From assembly GCA_001643675.2 (NCBI GenBank), contig LSRY02000055.1, positions 1 through 64,000 of the forward strand: 64,000 nucleotides of DNA, read 5' to 3'. The notes beneath the pieces were generated by a model. It searched no databases. It was not told the DNA's origin and saw only the letters and a program-made list of their open reading frames with translations. Both the position numbers and the translations under genes were made by a program. Each line of letters opens with the position of its first letter. The stretch's first letter is position 1. Positions 1-10,418 of this stretch are shown in pieces. Source of the stretch: Monocercomonoides exilis PA203 (lineage: Eukaryota; Protista; Preaxostyla).

Positions 1-2452
1 TTAACTCTAACCCTAACCCTAACCTAACCCTAACCCTAACCCTAACCCTAACCCTAACCCTTAAACCCTAACCCTAACCCTAACCCTAACTCCTAAATCT
101 CTAACCCTAACCCTAACCCTAACCCTAACTTAAACCTAACTCCTAACTCCTAACCCTAACCCTAACCCTAACCCTAACCCTAACCTCCCTAACCCTAACC
201 CTAACCCTAACCCTAACCCTAACCCTAACCCTAACTCCTAACCCTACCCTAACCTAACCTAACCCTAACCTAACCCTAACCCTAACCCTAACCTAACCTA
301 ACCCTAACCCTAACCCTAACCCTAACCCTAACCTAACCCTAACCTAACCCTAACCCTAACCCTAACCCTAACCTAACCCTAACCCTAACCCTAACCCTAA
401 CCCTAACCCTAACCCTAACCCTAACCCTAACCCTAACCCTAACCCTAACCCTAACCCCTAACCCTAACCCTAACCCTAACCCTAACCCTAACCCCTAACC
501 CTAACCCTAACCCTAACCCTAACCCTAACCCTAACCCTAACCCTAACCCTAACCCTAACCTAACCCTAACCCTAACCCTAACCCTAACCCTAACCCTAAC
601 CCTAACCCTAACCCTAACCCTAACCCTAACCCTAACCCCTAACCCCTAACCCTAACCCCTAACCCTAACCCTAACCTAACCCTAACCTAACCCTAACCCT
701 AACCCTAACCCTAACCTAACCCTAACCCTAACCCTAACCTAACCCTAACCCTAACCCTAACCCTAACCCTAACCTAACCCTAACCCTAACCCCTAACCCT
801 AACCCTAACCCTAACCCCTAACCCCTAACCCTAACCCTAACCCTAACCCTAACCCTAACCCTAACCCTAACCCTAACCCTAACCCTAACCCTAACCCTAA
901 CCCTAACCCTAACCTAACCCTAACCCTAACCTAACCCTAACCCTAACCCTAACCTAACCCTAACCCTAACCCTAACCCTAACCTAACCTAACCTAACCCT
1001 AACCTAACCCTAACCCTAACCCTAACCCTAACCCTAACCTAACCTAGTTTGAACCCTAACCCTAACCCTAACCCTAACCCTAACCCTAACCCTAACCCTA
1101 ACCCTAACCCTAACCCTAACCCTAACCCTAACCCTAACCCTAACCCTAACCTAACCTAACCCCTAACCCTAACCCTAACCCTAACCCTAACCCTAACCCC
1201 TAACCCTAACCCCTAACCCTAACCCTAACCCTAACCCCTAACCCTAACCCTAACCTAACCCTAACCCTAACCCTAACCCTAACCCTAACCCTAACCCCTA
1301 ACCCTAACCCTAACCCTAACCCTAACCCTAACCCTAACCCTAACCCTAACCCTAACCCTAACCCTAACCCTAACCTAGTTTGAACCCTAACCCTAACCTA
1401 ACCCTAACCCTAACCCTAACCCTAACCCTAACCCTAACCCTAACCCTAACCCTAACCCTAACCCTAACCCTAACCCCTAACCCTAACCCTAACCCTAACC
1501 CTAACCCTAACCCTAACCCTAACCCTAACCCTAACCCTAACCCTAACCCTAACCCTAACCCTAACCCTAACCCTAACCCTAACCTAGTTTGAACCCTAAC
1601 CCTAACCCTAACCCTAACCCTAACCCTAACCCTAACCCTAACCCTAACCCCTAACCTAACCCCTAACCCTAACCTAACCCCCTAACCTAACCCCTAACCC
1701 TAACCCTAACCCTAACCCTAACCCTAACCCTAACCCTAACCCTAACCCTAACCCTAACCCTAACCCTAACCTAGTTTGAACCCCTAACCCTAACCTAACC
1801 CTAACCCTAACCCTAACCCTAACCTAACCTAACCCTAACCTAACCCTAACCTAACCCTAACCCTAACCCTAACCCTAACCCTAACCCTAACCCTAACCCT
1901 AACCCTAACCTAGTTTGAACCTAACCCTAACCCTAACCTAACCCTAACCCTAACCCTAACCCTAACCCTAACCTAACCCTAACCCTAACCTAACCCTAAC
2001 CCTAACCCTAACCCCTAACCCTAACCCTAACCCTAACCCTAACCCCTAACCCCTAACCCTAACCCTAACCCTAACCCTAACCCCTAACCCCTAACCCTAA
2101 CCCTAACCCTAACCCCTAACCCTAACCCTAACCCTAACCCTAACCCTAACCTAACCCTAACCTAACCCTAACCCTAACCCCTAACCCTAACCCTAACCTA
2201 AACCCTAACCCTAACCCTAACCCTAACCCTAACCCTAACCCTAACCCCTAACCCTAACCCCTAACCCTAACCCTAACCCTAACCTAACCTAACCCTAACC
2301 CTAACCCTAACCCCTAACCCTAACCCTAACCCCTAACCCTAACCCTAACCCTAACCTAACCCTAACCCTAACCTAACCCTAACCCTAACCCTAACCCTAA
2401 CCCTAACCCTAACCCTAACCATAACCTAACCCTAACCCTAACCTAGTTTGAA
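1..2452 (+). repeat. Telomeric repeat array (CCCTAA)n, C-rich strand on +, i.e. a left chromosome end
   Basis: About 2.45 kb of near-continuous CCCTAA from base 1. CCTAA/CCCCTAA variants are frequent and probably partly homopolymer read errors. The array ends abruptly at ...ACCTAGTTTGAA|TCACTCAG. Confidence 0.98.
1043..2452 (+). repeat. Six copies of the non-telomeric 11-mer CCTAGTTTGAA (G-strand TTCAAACTAGG) in and terminating the telomere
   Basis: Exact copies at 1043-1053, 1374-1384, 1583-1593, 1770-1780, 1909-1919 and 2442-2452. The last copy is the junction with unique DNA. Confidence 0.95.
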
Positions 2453-3992
2453 TCACTCAGCATTATTATTTTGTTTCATTTCATCAACTATTCCATCATT
2501 CAATGTTTATAATTCTTGGATTATTCTCAACATTAAATATTTCTATTATTCAAGAATTCATTCCAATTTCACAACTGATTTAAATTGGAATATCTTATTT
2601 ATTATTTGAAAGCCTTCTTTCAATCAATTCATTTTATATTTTTATCGATATTAAAGATCTCGAATAGATTGATTATTAAAATTTATTTTTCAATTATTTT
2701 TAAAGTTTTTCCTTTCATTTTATTTAATTTCTTCCAATATATAATACAAATGAACTGGTAAGTTCTTTTTAAACAAATGAAATGTTTTATTTGTAATTTT
2801 TGTCAAAATTTTTAAAAATGAATGAAAATAATAGAATCAAATATAACAATCATAACAACAATGTTGTCAGGTTCAATTCATCATAAAGCTTCAGTTGCAC
2901 TATATCTATTCCTCAGAATTATGTTGCACTGATTATTTCTTGCTCTTCTTTTTTAATGGACAAAGAATTCAAAATATCTGAATTCAAATAAACGTGATAG
3001 ATATTTTCTATAATAAACAAATCATAAGAAATTAACCCTTTTGTCACAAACTTGAATTTATGAACTGTGCACTCAATTTTGTTTTTTGACTTCTTCCTTT
3101 GAAACTGCACATTTTCCTTTCATTCTCTTGTTTTCCTTTATGAATAACTTTTGTTCCCCAATAAGTGATCGTCAATAAGCATTAAATTTCATTTAACGTT
3201 TGCTGATATCTATATTCAATAAAAAGAATTTTTTCAAACGAATAAAGTTTACCATACTGTTTTAATCAACAAATAATGCAAACTCTTTGAACAATGTTTC
3301 TATTCCTTCAATTAACTTTTCTGAACGTTGTTTTAAAAACGAATGATTTCTCCTTGATAAAAAAAATACAATTCAATCGTGAATTAATGAAAAAATATTA
3401 ATCACAATGTGTTCAAGTCATCTCCTTATTTATTAAAATTGCATTCCTATTGATTTCCTTTTATTCTTTAATTTCCAGATGATATTATCCTTCTCAATTA
3501 TCTCTGTTGATCTTGTTATATTATTTGGTACAAGATTTTCTGTGAAATAATTGAACTTCAACAACTAAACAAAACATCACTCAAGACAATAAATGCAAAC
3601 ATTTTTGGCTCTTCTTCGTATCAAAGTTAATCCAACTTTGACGATGTTTCAATAAATGCACGATTAGTCTTGTAATTCTTCAAAGTTTATTTTTATTGCA
3701 AAGTAAATACAACTCAAAAGGTTTAGTCATTTCTTCAAATGATAAATCAATTATATTTTGCATCTATTTAATGTATTTCACATATATTCGACAATTATTT
3801 CTTTCAATAACAGTATTTTTACACCGAACTTTTGTAATAATATGTCTCCTAATTTTACAGAAAATCAACTGTTCACCAAAAAGTTTGATTTCACTCATTT
3901 ATCTGCAAATAATTATTATATTTTCTTTTTTATTTTGTTCAAAATAAGTGATTCAGAAACAATTCAATTGGAATATGTGATTATGAATACTA

Positions 3993-6900
3993 TTAAATGA
4001 CTTCAACACATGATTCCTCTTCGTCTAATTCCCAACCAGTTCCGTCATCTTTTTTCCTCAATCGTTTGTTTCTTTTTTCTTTGCTGTTATCTTCAAACAA
4101 ATAATCATATATTTCATTTTCGATTTCCTCATTTTCGTCTTTGCTTGAATTTTCCCTTTTATGATTGAAATGAAACTTAAGTTTTTCCTTTCTGGAAGTT
4201 CCTGTGCTCGGCTCTTGAACTTGTTCAACAGTTCTTCTTCCTTTATCATCAATTTTCACAACTCGTTTGTTTCTCCTTCGATTATTCCTTTCAATAATTG
4301 ATTCATCTGAAAAATCGCTTTGAGAATCATCATCCTCTTCTGCTCTTTTTCTCTTCTTCGCTAACTTATTACAAGTATTTTCATCTTCTTCACAATAAGA
4401 ATCATTATCTTCATCTTCATCAAGAATTTTTCTTTGTTTCTTCTTGCCAATGAACCAACTATCAAATTCCTTCTCAAATGTTAACTGTTTTGCATTCTCC
4501 AACACCCCTTTTCGAATCAACACCCCTTTTCGAATCAACACCCTTATTCGATCTCTCACATGATTTGGAGCTCGGCTTTTGAGTTTTTCAGCTGTAGCAT
4601 AAATGGATTCACCTTTATTATACATTTCAATCACAATATCATCTTCTTCTTTCTTCCAGACTTTGCGTCTCAGATTATTCATTTCATCTCTTTCTCTGTC
4701 AATCAAATACTTTTCGAGTTTCTTCTTTTCCAGTTCCTTCCTTTCTTTCAAACCATCAAAATCTTTAATTTCTTTTATTTTCTGTTTCTTCTTTCTTCGA
4801 TTTTTCATCATTATTTCTTTTGTCGTTGATTCTTCTGCCAAATCACAATACAACTTTGCCAAAGTCTCTGCTTCAACCTTTTTGTTCACCAACTGATCTT
4901 TCACATATAATCTAACTATCTTATCTTCAATTCTAGATTTCGAATAAAAGTGATTTGAATCTCTTTCATCGTTAATTTGTTTGTACTTTTTTTCAACCAT
5001 GTTCTTCAATAATTTCGTCTTCTCAACCATCTTTTTAGCAGCATTGCTTTCATACCGATTTCTTTCAACTCTATCAACGTCATCCTTCTCAAAAAACTTC
5101 TTCATCCTTCTCTTTACTTCATCGTTGAATGCCTTTACAGCATTTATTTCCTTTTCGAGCTCGACTTTGAATGATATCCCGTGGAAGACTTCTAAATCAA
5201 GAAGAGTTTCGTCAACTTCTCCTGTACTCCCTTGTTCATTCGCAGCAACGAGCCTTGAGGATACAATTGTTCGGCGAGCGACCATTTTTATATATCCCAT
5301 TTGAGCCAAATGCATCGGAGCCCAGCCGGCAATAAGAGCAGTTTTCTCCAATACTGCTTGTTTAGCTTCTGCACTAGAACCAGCCTTTATCAGTGCACTA
5401 CATATAAAACCACTTCTAAGAGAGTGGAAACTAAGGAAATTCCAGTCATAACCTGCGTGACTTGCTCTTTGTCGAAAGCGATTTCCCATGGATGCTGTTG
5501 TGATTGGCCATATTCTCTTTTTCGTGTCAATGGTGTGCTTTTTCGCTTCCCATTCAGATAACTTTATATTGGTTTTTGTTTTCAGATATCGCGAAAGCCA
5601 ATAAATAGGATCTTGATTGTTTTGAACATTTTCTTGACCTTCAATGGTCACTTCATGCGCCCAAGCGAGGATTCCCTTCGCTCGATTAAACCGGAGTGTA
5701 CATAAAAGGTTCCCCGTTTGCTTGGATGTTATGACTTTCACTATATCAGACAGGAAAACATTTGCTAGCGTCACTGCCCGAGCTCCAGTGTGAACGGCGA
5801 CGAGAAACAACGAGCATTCCATTTCTTTTGCCCTGCATTTTTCTGGAAAAAGATCGATAATTCGTTGAACATCCCAAAGGAGAGCTGGCTCCTTTTCCTT
5901 TCCTTTCTTCAGAACATTTCTGTTGTGTCGCAAGCAGCAGACTGCTTCACTCATGGCTTGCTTCGTCTTCGCATTTAGCTTCTTTCCTCTCTTTATGATA
6001 CTGAGACGCTTCAGAGATGGTATGATTACATATTTTATTGAATTCAAAGGATAAAAACATTCTTTTCCACAAAACAGGACAAATCCGCGAGCAAGATTCC
6101 TTTTTAGAGGCCAGGGATCACATTCAACTAGCTTCGAATATGTTTCCAACAATGTATTCACCCATTTGTGCTTCTTTTTTGTGGCGTTTGACCAGATGCT
6201 TCCAAGTTTCATATACTGCTGTGCAACTTCTTTCTGGACTCTTGCAACTGCGATGTCCATTTTCGTTGTTCTGTGATAATCACTTGCACTATCTTTTTCT
6301 TTTTCTTGATCAGAAGTTTTGCCTGAAGTTGCTGATGAAGAAGATGATGAGGGTGGTGATGGTTTGTTCTCATTATCATTCGATATGTCTGAAATATCAT
6401 GAAGTTGTTTATTTAGTATTTCTTTTGTTTCTTTTTCAACTTCTCTCAAATTTTTAATTGCACAAAGAGCATCATTGATATCCTTATCTTTTATTTTGTC
6501 ATTGATTGTATCATCTATTTCGCTTTCCTCTTCTTCTTCTTCTTCTATATTTTCATCGGATTCTTCAAAATCTTCTGTTTCTTCTGAGTCTTCGAATTTA
6601 TCTTCGGATTCTTCTTCATCATCTTCGCTTTCTTCGTCAAATGAACTGATTTTTTCATTTCTTGTTTCTTTGTTTGATTCTTTATAGCACAGAGGAAGAA
6701 GAGTTCTTTTGATAGAAGGAGTTTGTGTTGGGTCTGTTAATGTTTGAAGATGATTCAGGTGGATGTGAGAAGGTGATGGAGTGGATTGCAAGGAGAAGTG
6801 TTGAGTCCAGATGTTTGTTTGAAAAGCGTTGACGGGAGTGATTGATGATGATGCGATTGGAGAGAGAAGCTCATTCATCATCCTCATCATTCTTTCGCAA

Positions 6901-7243
6901 ACCTCGTTCCTGCTTACAAGGACATCGTTTCCGCAAGTCGGGCTAAGAAAGGCAGTCAGTTGTGTTGGAGTTTGCTGTTTATTGATTAAAAATGTTAATG
7001 ATTCTGTTATAAAATATTTTTTCAAATAATTTGATTTTTGCAAACTTCATTAAATATAGAAAAATGTTGCTGTGGTTTTGGAGTTTCTTTTAAATAATCA
7101 TTCATATTCTGAAAAATATTTTTTGTTTTAATATTTTGTTTTACTTTTGAATCAAATAAAAAGCAACAATAAATAAGTGCACACATCAATTTTTCCTGCA
7201 TTTTGTATTGTAATGCTTGTTCCTTCATTTTCTTCCAAATCAT
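3993..7243 (-). CDS. Tyrosine recombinase (Crypton-like, no linked RT) with C-terminal Myb/SANT (telobox-like) domain; spliced gene
   Basis: The 1016-aa ORF has a full YR catalytic set: R (VHTGAR), K (RAKG), HxxR (FHSLRSG), W (IAGW), Y (QMGYIK). Myb-like segment RRKVWKKEEDDIVIEMY...SRAPNHVRDRIRVL at ~4525-4670. A 71-nt GTTTG...AACAG intron (6975-7045) joins upstream ORF 7022-7243 (...FSIFNE) in frame to QTPTQL. The start could be the ATG at 7243 or at 7105. Confidence 0.88.
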
Positions 7244-8060
7244 TATGTGGAAATAAAAACTCTGTCTGCTTATGATCTATTCGAGATTCCGAATCTTTAA
7301 AACTTTCTTCCATCCAAGATATTCACAAATTTAAATTTTGAATTCAAATTGCAAATAATTATCAATGGGATTGATCAAAATCTTTTATTTTTCAAAAATT
7401 TTGAAAATAAACTTTTTTTAATTCCTGTCAAAAGTACTTGAAAGTTTTTGTAATAATATAATAGTTATTGCACAACAATCAAACTTTAATAATTCCTCAA
7501 ATTCGTTGGGAAAAAAAAGGCGAATTTCAACACACTTGAAATGTTGAATTTTTCACAATCTTAAATATCAAAAAAAAAAATATTCCAAGATAAGCAGTTT
7601 TTAATCTTTTTGTTACACAACAAAGAAGTTTGTTTGACAGAAAGAAAGTATTTAAAAAAACAGAATGAATAATCAAACGGATGAAATGAAAACAAAAAAT
7701 TAATAACAAATTATTTGTTCACCAAAAATGGGAAGAAATATCCAGTTTTCTAAAGTGAAAATGACAAAAAAGTTAAAATTGTGTATAATATAAAGCCAAT
7801 TTTGAATTAATATTTCATTATTAGCGAAAAAAAATCTAATATATATTTTTTGACTCTATATAGTGGGAACGGAAAGATCAAAACTTTTTGATCATTTTTG
7901 ATCTTATTTTCAGATCAATTAAACGTTTGCGACTTTTCAAAAAGAATGACCCACATATCTTTCTTGGACCAGTGTTCTATCTTCTTGGGAAAACCTGTGT
8001 TGTTGAATTCCTTTTTCCTTTTGACCACAAGGAATTTGTGGACTTTCTGCTCGAAGATAT

Positions 8061-8300
8061 GGGTGATTCTTTTTGAAAAATCACAAATGTTAAATTTTCA
8101 AATACTTCAGAAATTACATATTTTGCTCAAAATTCTGTTTCAGCTCACAAATCTCCTCGAGAATGTTGGAAATAGCTTTATCAAGTATAAGATTCCATTT
8201 TAGTGAAGTTTGATATTTGTTAACAAATTATTTGGCAAAATATGAAATTTTTGATTTATTTGAAAATTAAACATTTGTAACTTTTCAAAAAGAATTACCC
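8061..8300. mobile_element. 240-bp MITE (family B), TIR starting GGGTGATTCTTTTTGAAAA, 4-bp TSD ATAT
   Basis: Inverted ends GGGTGATTCTTTTTGAAAA / CTTTTCAAAAAGAATTACCC with ATAT on both flanks. A second copy of identical length lies at 19018-19257. Confidence 0.85.
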
Positions 8301-8585
8301 ATATTCATTTAAAAAATTTTCATTTTGTAACTTCTCATTATTTTTTTTTTTTTTTTTTTTTGTGACAGACAGCTGCAAAAAATGGAAAAAAGCGTAACAC
8401 AGGTTTATTGAATATATTCAAATTGAAATTCTATTATAAAAATAGTCAAGATCCAATATCAAAAAATAATATTTTCTCGTGATCAAATACATAATATATA
8501 TTGAGAGCTTTGAAATTTTAACAATTGACATTATCTCTTTATATATTGCAGAATAATAAGCAAAATCGAAACAGTGAGCAGTAGA

Positions 8586-10418
8586 ATGGAATACAAAACA
8601 AATGCGAGTAATGATCTCTATTTAAAGGACGAAAAAGGAAAAACAAAAGCAATGCTATGGATTGCTGAGAAAAAGACAGATCCTCCATTAGAAATTCGTC
8701 ATAGTATCACTTTTACCGATGAGGACGGATGGACAATGGCCATGTACTGGATTGCATATGTTAAAACAGATCCACCAGAATGGATGAGACACAATATCTC
8801 ATTTACCAATGAATGTGGAGAAACAATGGCAATGTTGTGGATAGAGAATGTGAAGAAAGAACCGCCGGAATGGATGAGGCACGGAATAACGCTATATAAT
8901 AAAAAAGGAAGCACAATGGCTATGCAGTGGATTGTGAATGTCAAAGCAGAGCCACCAGAGTGGATGAGACACGACATCATGATTCGCGATAAAAAAGGAA
9001 ACACAATGGCCATGTACTGGATTGCATATGTTAAAACAGATCCACCAGAATGGATGAGACACGAAAATACATTCGCAGACAAAGGAGGACGAACAATGGC
9101 TATGATATGGATTGAATATGTGAAGACAGAACCACCGAAATGGATGAGACATGGAAGTTCATTTCCTGATAAAGACGGCAAAACAATGGCCATGCTGTGG
9201 ATTGAACTCGTGAAGACAAATCCACCAGAATGGATGAGACACGACGTAGCACTCAAAGATAATGACGGGTGCACAATGGCAATGCTGTGGATTGAGAATG
9301 TTAAAGCAGACCTTCCTGAATGGATGAGGCATGATATTACTCTTGGAAATAAGAAAGGAAAAACGATGGCAATGATATGGGTTGCAAATGCTAAGACAGA
9401 CCCACCAGAGTGGATGAGACATAACAACGAAGTTGCAGACAAGAAAGGACGAACAATGGCCATGCATTGGATAAAGGAAATCAAGACTGAACCTCCAGAA
9501 TCCATGAGACACGTAATCACTCTTGCAGATAAGGAAGGACAGACAATGGCAATAATATGGATAATATATATCAAAATTGAGCCACCGGAGTGGATGAGAC
9601 ATGGAATTACACTTGCTGATAACAACGGAAGAACAATGGCCATGTTCTGGATTGAAAATGTAAAAACTGAACCTCCTGAATGGATGAGACATTGCATCAC
9701 TGTTCGCGATAAGTGTGGAGACACAATGGCCATGTATTGGATTGCAGATGTCAAAGCAGAGCCTCCAGAGTGGATGAGACATGGAATAACGCTTGCTGAT
9801 AACGACGGAAGAACAATGGCTATAATATGGATTGTTTGCGTTAGAACAGAACCACCAGAATGGATGAGGCATAGCAATGAACTTTCCTGTTCGTATGGCC
9901 GGACAATGGCCATGCAATGGATTATATTTGTGATGACAGAACCGCCAGAGTGGATGAGACACGATATCGCACTTCGCAACAATAATGGCTTAACAATAGC
10001 TATGACATGGATTGCTTATGTAAAAACTGAACCTCCTGAATGGATGAGACACGGAATTACTATTTGCAATAAATATGGATGGACAATGGCTATGATATGG
10101 ATTGCAAATGTCAAAACTGAACCTCCTGAATGGATGATACATGGAATTACACTTGCTGATAACAAGGGAAGAACAATGGCTATGACATGGATCACAAACA
10201 TCAAAACAGAGCCACCAGAATGGATGAGACATGAGATAACGCTTCGAACTGAGAAAGGAAATACAATGGCCATGTTCTGGATTGCAAATGTGAAGACTGA
10301 ACCTCCTGAATGGATGAGACATGGAATCACTGTTCGCGATAAGGATGGAGACACAATGGTTGATTATTGGAAAAACAATTTAATAATTGACCCACCAGAA
10401 TGGATGAAGACAGATTAA
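8586..10418 (+). CDS. Tandem-repeat protein, 20 x 30-aa units (DxxGxTMAMxWIxxVKTEPPEWMRHxITL), distantly ankyrin-like
   Basis: The 614-aa ORF has its first ATG at 8586. There is exact 90-bp periodicity (TGGATGAG at 8781, 8871, 8961...). Synonymous variation between units indicates constraint at the protein level. Confidence 0.9.
   Translation: MEYKTNASNDLYLKDEKGKTKAMLWIAEKKTDPPLEIRHSITFTDEDGWTMAMYWIAYVKTDPPEWMRHNISFTNECGETMAMLWIENVKKEPPEWMRHGITLYNKKGSTMAMQWIVNVKAEPPEWMRHDIMIRDKKGNTMAMYWIAYVKTDPPEWMRHENTFADKGGRTMAMIWIEYVKTEPPKWMRHGSSFPDKDGKTMAMLWIELVKTNPPEWMRHDVALKDNDGCTMAMLWIENVKADLPEWMRHDITLGNKKGKTMAMIWVANAKTDPPEWMRHNNEVADKKGRTMAMHWIKEIKTEPPESMRHVITLADKEGQTMAIIWIIYIKIEPPEWMRHGITLADNNGRTMAMFWIENVKTEPPEWMRHCITVRDKCGDTMAMYWIADVKAEPPEWMRHGITLADNDGRTMAIIWIVCVRTEPPEWMRHSNELSCSYGRTMAMQWIIFVMTEPPEWMRHDIALRNNNGLTIAMTWIAYVKTEPPEWMRHGITICNKYGWTMAMIWIANVKTEPPEWMIHGITLADNKGRTMAMTWITNIKTEPPEWMRHEITLRTEKGNTMAMFWIANVKTEPPEWMRHGITVRDKDGDTMVDYWKNNLIIDPPEWMKTD

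Noticed and set aside
1380-1592. 70-aa ORF (LT/PN repeats)
   Set aside because: It is simply a translation of telomeric repeats between two copies of the 11-mer motif.
1-2441. CCTAA / CCCCTAA variants as a biologically variable telomere repeat
   Set aside because: They cannot be distinguished from long-read homopolymer errors, unlike the invariant 11-mer.
1043-2452. 11-mer array as a CRISPR-like array or as hairpin/telomere-fusion (protelomerase) sites
   Set aside because: The spacers are pure telomeric repeat of irregular length. Repeat orientation is the same on both sides of each motif, and the motif is only weakly palindromic around CTAG.
8699-10354. Long antisense ORFs (427, 267 and 112 aa)
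   Set aside because: They are shadows of the 90-bp repeat gene on the + strand.
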